Shown piece after piece: positions 24,918 through 37,165 of a stretch of DNA of 64,000 nucleotides; the first letter of the stretch is position 1, and the number at the start of each line of letters is the position of its first letter. A program made the translations under genes and the position numbers. Under the pieces are notes generated by a model. That model was not told where the DNA came from, searched no databases, and saw only the letters and a list, made by a program, of their open reading frames with translations. The DNA comes from Harriotta raleighana (Eukaryota): contig JBNZDD010013685.1 in NCBI GenBank assembly GCA_050575255.1, positions 5,141,517-5,205,516 of the forward strand. The letters run 5' to 3'.

Positions 24918-25822
24918 CCTTCAGCTCCTTCCTACAACTTCACGTCAACAAGATGGAAGCCCTCTTGATTGGCTCACGCCAGCCCCTCTGCACCTCAGGC
25001 ACTGACAACACCAGAGTCCAAAACTGCTCTGTCCACCTCTTGAAGCCAATCAGGAATCTGGGCATCTGGTTCGACCTCAAACTATTCTTCCTCCCCCACA
25101 TCCACTTCATGACCGGCACAGCCTTCCACCATCTCCGCAACATTGCCAGACTCCGCCACTACCTCACCCCCCATGCTGCCAAAACCCTCATTCATGCCTT
25201 TATCACTTTCAGGCTTGACTACAGGAACCCTCTCCTTGTCGGCCTTTCCAACTCCTCCCTTCACAGGCTGCAGATCGTTCAGAATTCTGCAGCTCATGTA
25301 CTCTCCCGCACCAGGCTTCGTGACCACATCATTCCCAACCTCACCCATCTCCACTGGCTCCCCATCCCCCAGAGGATTGAATTCACGATCCTCATCCTCA
25401 CTCTCAAGGCCATTCACGGCCTTGTCCTTGCCTATCTCTTTGACCTGCTATCTCTCTATCAGCCTGCCCGCATCCTCCGTTCAGCAGAATCAGGCCTGCT
25501 CCGTGTCCACCGCCCTAACTGCCCAACCATCGGTGGCCGGGCTTTCAGCCTCTCTGCTCCCGCACTATGGAACTCCATCCTGCAGTCCCTCTGCCTTTCT
25601 TCTTCCCTTTCCTCCTTCAAGGCAGATCGCAAGATCTTACTCTTCGACCATGCCTTCGGCTGCCCCCCTAACTCTTCCCCCTCTCCCACTCTGCTTCCCC
25701 CTCCCCTAACCCCGATATGCCCCGTCCCCCCCACCCTGCTCGGGTCCCGACCTGACTGTTCAGCGCTTTAGGACGTCCTCCAGACATCAAAGGAGCGTTA
25801 TAAGTGTAATTTTGTTGTTGTG
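24918..25822 (+). mobile_element. L2 LINE 3' fragment (duplicate or allele of 20223-21140)
   Basis: 272-aa ORF 24953-25771 almost identical to ORF 20193; differs by a few SNPs and lacks the 13-bp duplication. Confidence 0.9.
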
Positions 25823-26543
25823 TATTTGAATGGAAACAAGAGTTGCCAATAAATAAAATTGGTTACTCTTCAATGCTGCCTGTGACATATTACTGTATAC
25901 AAATTTACTGCTGCTACATTCACCTACAAAATACCCGATCAATAAATGCTGCGAAGTACAATAAGACACCCCCCTGACATGAAAGGCACGATATCAAATG
26001 CAAGCAATATTATTCTTATTCTTATGACACGTGTGATGGCGACTGTATTTGTGACCACATCAGCAGTTGAGTAGCTTCTCTTTTATCCAATTGACAAACT
26101 CTAGTCTGAGACTTCAAAACAGAAAAGTTATCAGCATAAAACAGCAACATTGTGATGTGCTTCTCCTCTCATTGAGAAACATTCAACATACAACCTCACC
26201 TTCACATCCCACGTGTGACTTTGTTCTTCGCAGGTTATAAGGTTAGATTATTCGTTGAATAATTATGATGCTTAATGAATCGTCATAAATACCCTTAATA
26301 AAAGCACAGTGATAAATATGCATTTATGACGATAAGCTGATTAGTGCAAATAAACCTTTCAGGGTTGAATTAGTATTCCTTTACAATTCCCCAAACAAAA
26401 ACGGGGCAAACTAATAAAATACATGAATAAAAGACATGAAATGTCCATCCTTCCACTATATTGTAGGTATGTAGTAATTAAACCATGCTAGTTTAAGTGT
26501 GCCAATTTGTCTTAATAAATTTCTGCATGAGCTTTCAAATAAA

Positions 26544-26882
26544 TAACAACAACAACTTCAATTTATATAGCGCCCTCCAAGCCGGACGGTGTCTCACAAT
26601 AGCGGATGCCAGGACTGAGCCATGGGCAGGGGCAGAAAGGTGACCAAAAGTGTGGTTGAAGAAAAAGGTCTTCAGCTGTGACCTGAAACTTGGAAGAGAG
26701 GGGGCGAGGCGAAGGGAGTGAGGAAAGGAGTTCCAGAGCCTTGGGCATAGTGGCTGAAGGCACGGCGCCGAGGGTGGGGCGGAGGATTCGGGGAACATGG
26801 AGGAGGCCAGACCCAGAGAAGCGAAGGCAGCGGGTGCTGGTTTGGGGGGAGAGGAGATCAGAGAGATAGGGGGGTGCAGAGG
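26544..26882 (-). mobile_element. L2 3' end (duplicate of 21862-22200)
   Basis: Identical ORF translation at +4682. Confidence 0.85.
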
Positions 26883-27322
26883 AGTGGAATAAAGGCTAGC
26901 ATCAGCAGATGTATTAGCAATAGTACAGAAGTTAGGGTTGAAAGTTAATTATCTATTTAATCAGGTCACTAGAATCACATTGGTGCCACAGTATTGATCT
27001 ATCCCTTTTTTGACTATTTGACTAAACACGAGGATCACTCTTTTCTTTTCCCTGTCTACATTGTAAATGCGGTAAACTTTCTCTACTCTAATCTTTCTAT
27101 TTTTGGAGAAAATAATGGTTACTCAATCCATTACTTTTTGTGGGATGCTGCTGTGTGCAATCGGCTTCCACATTTCAGCCACAAAATACATTGTCAATCC
27201 AATATACAATACATTCTGTGAAGGGCTTTGAGACATTGATAAGATGTGAAAAGCGCTATATCAAATGCAAGGATTATTATTATTATTTTGTGAAGTGCTT
27301 TAAGATACCTCAATGACATGGT

Positions 27323-27644
27323 GGAGCTCCTGTGGCTTAGTGGTTAGAGCACTCGCTTTATCAAGCATGAGACCTGTGTTCGAATCCAGGCAGATCAGGG
27401 CGAAACCTTGGGCAAGTTTCCTTACTCCACATGCCTAATAATAATCCCCCCCCAAAAAAAACCACAATAATGAAATTGGTCATTTCAATCTATGACTGTT
27501 TGTGGGACACTGCTGTGCGCAATTGGCTGCCGCGTTCCTCCCACAAATATACAGTCAATTCACTTTACAGTATATTCTGTGAAGCGCTTTGGGACGTCGA
27601 TAAGATGTGAAAAGCGCTATACCAAATGCAAGGATTATTATTAT
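27323..27644 (+). mobile_element. Full-length tRNA-derived SINE (duplicate of 22641-22962)
   Basis: Same box A, box B, body and tail at +4682. Confidence 0.88.
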
Positions 27645-29199
27645 GATAAGGCACTAAAGCAAATACAAGAATTACTGTTATATTAACGGGATTGGAAACT
27701 GGATTAATACCTTAGCAAAAAACAAAATACGGGATTTGGGCAAAGAGATAAGGAAATAAGACAGACCGGAATGGCAAAAGCTTTCTATCCTGAAAGGTCC
27801 TATGTTTTTCTTGATCTATTACTCATCTCCCAACAGAGCCCATGGATTCTTTTAACAGAGAATTAGGCAGATGTTTGAAAGCAGGAATATTAGGAGCAAG
27901 CAGGAAATTATAAGTAGATTGTCTCATGTGGGCAAAAATTCAGCAACATTCTACAGGGTTAAATCTGCAGTGTTTAATGATGATTGATCTCATTGAATGT
28001 GTAATCAAACACTGAAAATTAGCTATTGTTTCCTATTGCTGGCTCCCTTGCTCCATCTGAATATACCCACATCACGGTTTATCAAAAGCTGGATATAGAA
28101 TTATAATAGTAATAGAAATAATAATCCTTGCAATTGACATATGCCTAATCAAGTCTCAAAGAGCTTCACAGAATATATTGTAAAGTGGAATGACTGCGTG
28201 TGAGAGATATTGGGATTGATGCCTGCATTCTTCAGGATGTTCCAAGAAAGTGGAACAACAGGACGTGGGTTTTGTTTCACGACAGGTACCACTAAGTTTT
28301 TTTTTATTCGGAGGATAATTAATGATAGGAATATTTTGTCGGGAAACGTAGTTGATTTAAAAAGCAAATGAAAGGTTTCTATGATTACCAGGAAGCAAAG
28401 GTGGAGTTTATGATCTAGTGCAAAAAGTTTCAGGTGAGGAAAGCCATTTATTCCATTCGATCTTATCCCTCCAGAATTTCCACCTACCATCTACCAGCTT
28501 CCCATTATGGCATCCAGCTGTTTTGTTGACTAAAATTAATTGGTGTCCTCTTTTGCTCCACTCAGTATAACCAACCTGGGTGGAAATGACTGTGTCGAGT
28601 CCCCCGGGGATTGATGCTAATTATCACAATTACTATTGCATTTTCTCACAAATTTCTATAAGATGTGGAACTCAACACAATGGAACAATTGTTTAATCCA
28701 AAACTTGACATAAAACATTCCACCACCATCTTGCCAACCATTTATCAGCCCCAAATTTCTTCTCTCAGATCCGGAGCCAACATTTGAGCCCTGCTTAATG
28801 TGATACCAATAGAATTAGGCGAGTTTCATACATTAACCTGCAATTAAACTGGTCTCCGGTGATTGGGAGCATGAACAGAGAATGGAAGATTTTGCCAATC
28901 AATATGTTATGGTGAGAGGGGGCCTTCAATTCTCCATCTTTAGGAATGGAAAGATGGGATTTTCTTGACAGAATTGAAGTCATTTTTAAAGCATCGATTG
29001 GCACATAAATTCTGGTATAAAAATGTTGCATTTCGCCTCTGTATTTATTTCCAGTAGCTTGTTTCTATGTTAAGAACAGGCATGCTTTTCATCATTTTCT
29101 GGATCCTCACTCATGTTCCTACACCTACACTTCACATAACAGTTCTCGTCTGTCTGTCCCACTCCTCCACACTGTTGCCCATTGCGTTCTTTCCCACAA

Positions 29200-29322
29200 A
29201 ATATACAGTTGTTTCGCCCACAAAATATACAGTCAATTCACTTTACAGTATGTTCTGTGAAGCACTTTGGGACAGCTCAATGTTGTGATAGGCGCTATAT
29301 CAAATGAAAGGTTTATCATTAT
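29200..29322 (+). mobile_element. SINE 3' half with a small local duplication
   Basis: CCCACAAAATATACAGT occurs twice (29193, 29217), followed by the canonical tail. Confidence 0.7.
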
Positions 29323-32300
29323 TTCCTTCTCCTCTCACTCACAAGCCCACAACTCTCAATATCTCTTTCTTCACAGATGTCTCTCACTCTATGGTTCATT
29401 TCTTTATATGCTTCAACAATTGCACAGCTGCTTCAATATCAGAGCCTCAAACTTACAAAGTGTGCCTTAACTCAACTTTAAAGTACAACAGGACCGTGAC
29501 TACAAATATTAACAGCAGCCTATGTAGCGTAGAATGGTGCTACAGCATTCCCTGGAGTTGAGGCTGACTGGCTTACACAGTCCCTTTGGATCCTTAAAAA
29601 ATATTTGCAAAACTAAAGACTGTAAATAAAACAACATTTGCCTTTAAACCTCTTCATCCAATCAAACAAAACATCGAAAAACAAATAAGATACATAACAG
29701 GAAGCAGTGTTTTACATGAAACACAAACCGCCTCTTATTGGATAATCTGCTCAGGCAGTGGGTTTGTGGGTTATGCGGTTTAATGTCAATTTAATTGGAA
29801 TTATTTATAGTAAATCACCACTCCCATTGCTGCCCCCACTATATGTGCGGTGCCTTGAATCCAGGCTGTTTCCAGGCATTGCTGTGCAACGCTTTTGGAA
29901 ATAAAACCAAACATAAATATTGTCTGTGCTTTCTATTCTCAACAAAGTCAATAAACATAATCATTAACTGGCCCTTATAAGTTGCCTTTCAGAGGAGGTA
30001 TCCTCCTACATATGTGCCTTGTCAACCGAGCTTGAGGAATGCCAAGCTGAAAATCAAATTCGGATCGCAAGATCTCACTTGCAAATGGTGTGTGGTAGAA
30101 GTCAGCAGAAGTAAAAATTCCCAGCTGGATCGGACATTAGAAAAAGTACATTCTCAGAGGGCAGTGGAAATGTTGAATATAATAAATATATAATAACTAT
30201 CCTTGCTTTTGATTTCACATCAGGAGAACATCGATAGAATAGACATCAATAAACATTAACAGACATCAATAAGAGGCTTCTTTTCCATTCATTTAGAAGG
30301 AGAGAGTTTCTCCTATGTCCTGACTATTGATCCCAGATAGAAAAATAATCATTCACTACAATGCCTGTTTTAAGATGCATTGCTGTGCACAAATTTGCTG
30401 CTATGTTCGTCTATAAGTACACAGTCACTCCGTTTTGAGACAATCTTGACTTCATAAGGCACCATGTCAAATGCTACAACAACAAAATTCCATTTATAGA
30501 GCGCATTTCACGTCAAGGCGTTGAAAAGTTAGGGGTTGGAACCTGAGCATGGGAGAGGGGTAGGCCAGGAGGAGGTAAATGCAAGTATTAGTGTTATTAT
30601 TACAAGATGACCAGTTAAGCCCCTCCACCCGTTAAGACTTTTAATCGGGGATATCTTCCACTCATACTGGGAGGGAAAGAACAATTTTGAATCACTATTG
30701 ACCTGTCTCCTCAGAGCCAATAGAGCTTCCAGCAGTTTTCATCGATTCTACAAAGAAGGATTTTAATGACCTCAGACCAGCAAAATGCTGAGTGGACCCA
30801 CTAAGACTCAATCTACAACCAATGGTCCCAAGTCTAGCATTCAATAGACTTGGTATGCTTTCCTGGTGTTGAAAGCAAGTAGAAAAATAATTAATACAAT
30901 TAAAAAATATTACTTACAGGGTATAGGAAGTACAATTAGAATAATCTCCTTCATGAGGCAATGGTGCGCATTAGTTTACCTTTGTGCTTATTTAATTACA
31001 TTAGGGGTTCATGCAGAGCACTATTCCAGGCTTGGGAGATCATTACTCAATTAGTCTTCAAAATAGGATATGGAATGTATTTCCATTACATTATTGGTAC
31101 AGTGCTTTGCACACTCCACTTAAAGGTTAGGAAACAAAGTGTTGTTCTTTTGTTTGAAATCGTTTTCCTTTACATGTAAATGGTCGATGGACTGTATAGA
31201 AGTGCCACAAAATGTTTGAATGATTAATTTATACAAAAATAATTAAAACTGAGGTGCTCTCTGTCATTTCCTAGTTTGTTGAAAGTTGCAAAGAGCGAGT
31301 TGATGAATGGATTTTCTTTGAAATACTTGCTGTTGCTGCTGAAACCAAATAAGAGATAATTAGTTGTAACGTGAACCCTTGGGCCTTATTAGTATTCATA
31401 AGAATAACCACCCGGTTAGCAAAGGGATGTCACAGCCACACAACTAACGAATAATCATTAGCTTTCTCACTTTATCCATTTTAATGTGGGGATTTTACAG
31501 CAAAGAAAACAACAAGTTTTAAAAAGAATAATGATAATTGCACAAGTTTTTGCAGCATAACTGAACACTAGTGCTTTTATTTATAGCAAAAATCAACATA
31601 TTTAAAGTATACATGATGAATTCATAAAGTAATTTTTTTTTCCCAAACTATTTTATCAATGCTTTGAACTACAGTTGCCATTAGCACTGGTTGTGTTCCT
31701 TCAGATTTGCATTATTTTTAACCTATAGAAATAACACTAAAATATTCATCACAGTAGAATTTGTTGTGCATTATGTAAATTGAGTCAATTGTAACGATGA
31801 ATGGAATTATACAAAGAAAAAGCTTTCTGGCAGTCAAATTTAATTTCCGGGTGCTACTGGAAAGTGTGGAATTATTCAATTTATTTTCTGTTTTGTCAAA
31901 CTTTAACACTTTATGTTATTATTAGCGGAATTAATTGTTGTGCTATTTGGTAAATAATACCACAAGGTTATGTATATGGGCAAAATGCAAGCACGTTATG
32001 CCATGGGAGCATCAAATGCATTGTCTGCTGCATGTGGAATAATGTCTGGTTATCTGAGGATGTACAATACTAAAAAAAATTGACATAGCACTTTTTGTAT
32101 CAGGAAGATGTCCCAAAATGCTTAACAATCCTTCTTGGCACCTGGTCATCTTACACATTGTGTTATTTGTCAAAATTAATTCAATGCTATTTGGGATATT
32201 GGCAAAACGTGATAAGGTGCTATATTAATTACAAGGATTATTATTAGTAAACCGATCAGCTTGTGGCATAGTAACATATACTGCGAAGGAGACATCATAT

Positions 32301-33143
32301 TGGGTCATCCAGGCCATGTCTATTCCTTGGGAGAGTGGATTGAAGAGTATAAAGCTGTGAGCTGATCCCTCATTCTCCCCTACCAACAGTTCTCCATCTC
32401 TCTTTGCTCTGGGGCTCGTGGAAGGAGGATCCCCCAACCCAGGTGGGCGTTTGAACCTTACACACATGGCTGGGTCAGGCAGTTTTAGAGAACATGGTTG
32501 AATGCTTGAAGTGATTGGTACAGGGCATGAGGGAACAGGAGGAAAATTGTAAGAGCAAGTTGTGTAAAAAGGATTGTAAGACATTTCCCACATACTTAAC
32601 TGCCTGCACCACTCTGGAACAATTGGAGGAAATTAGACATTTCATCAGCTAAACGCGAGACTTTCTTTGTTAGAGCTTCTGAGGTTTGGGATAGTAAACA
32701 TTGATTTGTGACCAAGTATGTTTCAGTATCTGCCTGGCTCCAGTTACAATATTAATCATTTCATTTGATATAGTCCGTTATCATGTCATTGAAACATCTG
32801 AAAATGCTTTACAAAATTTTTACTATAAAGTGTGTTGACTGTATTTTGTAGGCAGCCAATGCTGTACACAGCAAAGTCCTACATACAGCCATGAAGTAAA
32901 TGGCCAGTTTTAACTAGACGATAAATTGATTAATTGACACACTGATTTATTATCAAATAATCCTCCCCATGATCAAAACTACAAAGCTTGCAGTGAGACC
33001 AGGTAAAACATAATAAAACTTTGACTACTAATAATCATAGAGATAGTCAATTAATTATTACTTTAGACTTTTGGGAAGAAATTCCACCTGGGTCTAGACT
33101 TATTCTATTTATGTACCATTTTATTTAGTTTTAGACTTTGAAT

Positions 33144-33390
33144 TGGAGTACTGCTGGAATTTCATCAGCTAAACACAGGCAAATGTGTTACTGTTTCTTT
33201 TGGTTATAAAACCATACAGCTTGCTATTGAAAGCGCAATATANTCTGCTTGCACCACCCTAGCTGTTAGCATTTTGGTTTGCTGAGTTAAAGGGATGGAA
33301 AGAATCCCTGCCCAAGTGATCCAAATCTTTTCTGATGAGCCAGGTTGGCTGGGCTGTCATCAGCAGAGCCCTGGAATAATGCAGACCTAC
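33144..33390 (+). repeat. Unidentified old interspersed repeat, copy 4
   Basis: GGAGTACTGCTGGA, TAAAACCATACAGCTTGCTATTGAAAGC, CTGTCATCAGCAGAGCCCTGGAATAATG (compare 4695-4722). Confidence 0.55.
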
Positions 33391-33467
33391 CTGACTCAGG
33401 AATTGGACTGCAGAGACCAAGGGTTGACTCTATTCTGGCATTCTGTTGCAAAACATGTCACCTTCAT

Positions 33468-33768
33468 AATAAAATAATAATCCTTGCATTTGATATAGCA
33501 CTTTTCACATCTTCTAGATGTCTCAAAGTGCTTCACAGAAAATACTGTAAGGTGAATTGGCTGTATATTTGTGGGCAAATCGCGGCAGCCAATTGCACAC
33601 AACAGTGTCCCACAAACAGTTACGGATTGAAATGACCAAATTATTGTAATGGATTATTATTAGGCATGTGAAATAAGGAATTTTGCCCAAGGTTTTGCCC
33701 GGATCTCCTGGATTCGAACACAGGTCTCACCCTTGTAAGGCGAGTGTTCTAACCACTGAGCTACAGGG
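33468..33768 (-). mobile_element. Full-length tRNA-derived SINE
   Basis: Minus strand CCCTGTAGCTCAGTGGTTAGAACACTCGCCTTACAAGGGTGAGACCTGTGTTCGAATCC (boxes A and B), then body and tail. Confidence 0.9.
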
Positions 33769-34229
33769 TACAACTGTATCAGCTCTAAGGAGATTATGCT
33801 TGCCACTCTTTCCCAGGAGGACGACTACTGACTGTCTCCTTGGTGGGGAGATAAGGGTGGGTCATCTTACATTTGATATTGTGCTAACATGTCAGAAACA
33901 CATCTCAAACTACTTCAAAGGAAATACTGTATAGAACCGTGACTGTATTTTATAATAGCATATAATTAAAAATATTTGTGCAGATTCAANTTCATGTCAG
34001 AAACACATCTCAAACTACTTCAAAGGAAATACTGTATAGAACCTGTATTGACTGTATTTTATAATAGCATATAATTAAAAATATTTGTGCAGATTCAAAT
34101 TGAATTATGCAAGGTATTAAAGTTCTTAAATCGACATGAATGTTGATTCCAGTTTAGTAAGTATTTAGAAGGATGAATTAAAATATTTCAGGTTAATTTT
34201 GCTCCAATTCTTTTTTCTTAGTTTTAGGT

Positions 34230-34570
34230 TTTATTTCTAAATCCTCACATTCGTGTTCAAATCCCTTCACCTCCCTACTTTTCCGACCTCCTCACTCACC
34301 AATACATCATCTGGCATCTCCGCTCAACTGTCACTAGCTTCCTATTTATCACTTGCACCCTCCACTCCACCATTGGAGGTCGCCAAACTGTGGAACACTC
34401 TCCCTCAATCCCTCCACCTTGTCCCCACTCACCCCTTTTTCAAGACCCACCTGAAAACTTTTCTTCTCAATATTGCTTACGGCAAACTCCCCCCAGGGTC
34501 AGAGTCAGGCTTAGTCACTTTTAAGCACTCTGAGACACACTATATAAGTGCAAGTTGTTGTTGTTGTTGT
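34230..34570 (+). mobile_element. L2 LINE 3' end
   Basis: ORF 34253 has KLWNTLPQSLHL...FKTHLKTFL; (GTT)n tail. Confidence 0.8.
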
Positions 34571-34859
34571 ACATGACAGGTTAACAAGTCACCGAAAGTC
34601 TCATCACACAGGTGGTCACTAACCAACACACTGATGTGTATTTATTCAGTGAGTTTCAGTGAAAGAAGGTAATTGATAGATTATTAAAACTACTGGAAAC
34701 TGTGACAAGTTCAAGTGTTTAATTTGTGGTATTTCTTAACAGGATTCATTAACCAGGAATCAGTCACACACATGTTGACCTCTTCCTTTAACTGGAAGTG
34801 GAAACTTCTGACCTGATTTGCTTCGAGAAGTTTGTTGCAGTTGGATTGATGGCAAAAGT

Positions 34860-35035
34860 AATATTTGGTCACTCAATCCACAAATGTTTGTTGGACACTG
34901 CTGTGCTCAATTGGCCACTACGTTTTGCCCCCAAGATATACAGTCAAATCAATTTACAGTATATCCTGTGAATTGCTTTGAGACATCTTTAAGGCACGAT
35001 AAGGCACTACATCAAATGGGAAGGATTATTATTTA
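34860..35035 (+). mobile_element. Headless SINE copy
   Basis: GGACACTGCTGTGCTCAATTGGCC...GATAAGGCACTACATCAAATG. Confidence 0.7.
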
Positions 35036-35379
35036 TAATTCTAGCTCTAGTCCCTTTTAAAGAATTCCATTAAGAAATATTGCAAAGAATATTCAGAAGG
35101 GTATAATCATCATATAATCAACCTGGTACTGTCAGATTTAACAATTAAATAACTAACCCAAAGTTTTGTGGAATTTTTGGGAGGGAGAGAGAGAGAGGGA
35201 GAAATGGGGGTTTGGTTAGACATTGCAGACTTTGTATTATTAATGAATGGTTGTAGAAATATGGCAATCTCCGACTCATGGGAAGCAAACACGGGCAAAC
35301 TCTCACGTGATTGGAGCTGATTTAGTAACATGAGCAGGATGTTGTTTTGCAGGGTAAAAACTAAATCCTAGCTGAATGC

Positions 35380-35845
35380 CTGAAATTGGAAACCATAAGA
35401 ACGAGCCTGTTTTGCAGTCTACGGTGGGAATGTGACTGCAGGCGACTGATCCTGTCAGACGGGCACTGTGGCAATTTGAATCTAAAGTTAAATGTCAGAA
35501 GTTATAGAGAGGTCTGCTCACAGCAAACAGCTTCAAAGCATTTCTTCCAACGAGTCACTCAAAGAGATGACATTTAGGGATCAGGTTTTACAAGCAGAGT
35601 CTTCATGGTGCACGAATCACAGCACTGCTAATGCATTCGACAATGTGACAGTGTCTGCTGGATGTAATTGTGAAATATCATTGTTTGTTACTGACAGTTA
35701 ATGACATCTTCCAGAGGTAAAGAAGTCATTGGTTCCAGTGACAAATGCTTTTTGGTGAGATGTTTCAGCTGCAATTGACAAAGCTGTGTTGACAAACAAT
35801 GTGGTGAATGATAAAATCACTGACTACAGTCTTGACATTCGGTTC
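35380..35845. promoter_or_regulatory. Candidate enhancer or conserved non-coding element with a TGACA (TALE homeodomain) cluster
   Basis: Ten TGACA/TGTCA in 35453-35837 plus Sox motifs CATTGTT (35679) and AACAATG (35795); no recognisable repeat; function is inferred. Confidence 0.45.
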
Positions 35846-36089
35846 TTTCTATTTTACAAACAAAATCTATATATAAATACACTTGTGTATGTATAGGTGT
35901 GATGTTTACTGATTAATATAACACTGCTGAGAAACATAGTTCACTCTGTAGATGTTTTCTCATCAAGCACTCCCAGGTGAGACTTAACATGGGTCATCTA
36001 TCAGGCCATGTTCCCTAAATAATATGCCTAAATTGTAGCTCGCTGCAGCATCTGTGACTGTACCAGTGTTCAATTTCCTACATCACCCG

Positions 36090-36215
36090 AGTGACCTCTC
36101 AAAGCAAGAGTGTCCAATTAGCAGCAGATAGTTAGTAAATTATTCAAAACTCTGAGTTCTGGACTGGCATCCACTTGACACTAGACCGAGGTTGCTGAAA
36201 CTCATTTCACTAAGG
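36090..36215 (-). mobile_element. LF-SINE-like relic
   Basis: Minus strand GTGAAATGAGTT...CTCGGTCTAGT...AGTGGA...CTAATTGGACACTCTTG...GAGAGGTCA, collinear with the LF-SINE core as I recall it. Confidence 0.45.
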
Positions 36216-36992
36216 ATTCTTGACACATGCTAAGAGAGAGAGCTTCCATTCCCATCACTCTGGACTGCATTTGATCTCACATCCTGGAGGAGAAAATGTA
36301 ATGTTCTGAGTTACAGCACCACCAAATTCAGACATTTAATAGAAGTGTGGAGTTGGAGATGTTCAAAGGCATTGAAATCTATTCACATTTAAATCTAAGC
36401 AGTGGATTCACGCAACTCTACACAAGTATGGTTCTAAAGTCAAAGTGACCAATGTAGAGTGATAATACATTTGTTCCATTGAATTAATAGAAAGAGACTT
36501 GACATTGCTGTCAATAAAGTACGATTTTTCCAGTATCGGTATAATTCTTGTAAATTCTATGATATCATGTGAAATGCACATTTCACTCCAACTTGTGCTG
36601 AAGATAGAAGTCCATCGGGTCTATGCTCGCTCTTTTAAAGAGTAATACTTTCAGTCCCATTTATCCGCCTTTTTTTCCCTTACCCTGTATTTTACTCCCT
36701 TTTAAATATGGGAGATGATAAGAAGTAAAAAGTACTGGCTGCAGTTTTTTCCTCTTTGACCCACCTTTGGTCATTCCCCTCCAACACCTCAGCTCCAGGT
36801 CAAGTGCCAAGCCAGCATAAGCACTTTAAAACGTCTGAAAGATGTGATAAGGCACTATATCAAATGCAAAGATTATGATTATTATTAAGTGGCTTGCAAT
36901 GCTCCCCTTTTGTTAAAGGTGTTATATGAATGTAAATTTGTTTTGCAAAAGTATGGCACCTAGAAAAATGGGACACAGACCCAAGACCAGTA

Positions 36993-37165
36993 ATAATAAT
37001 AATCCTTGCATTTAATATAGCGCTTTTCACATCTTCTAGACATCTCAAAGCAGTTCACAGAAAATATTGTAAACTGAATTGACTATATGTGGACAAAACT
37101 TGACAGCTAATTGCGCAGAGCAGTGTCCCATAAACAGTCGTTGATTGAAATGATCAATTTATTAT
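36993..37165 (-). mobile_element. Headless SINE copy
   Basis: (AAT)nCCTTGCATTTAATATAGCGCTTTTCACATC...GCGCAGAGCAGTGTCCCA. Confidence 0.8.

Larger units (their letters stand above)
24470..28507 (+). repeat. Near-identical second copy of 19774-23825 (offset 4682-4696 bp); probable haplotype or assembly duplication
   Basis: The same ORFs recur at +4682 (21105/25787, 21853/26535, 22810/27492, 23467/28149); the first copy ends and this copy begins at 'n' joins. Confidence 0.85.
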
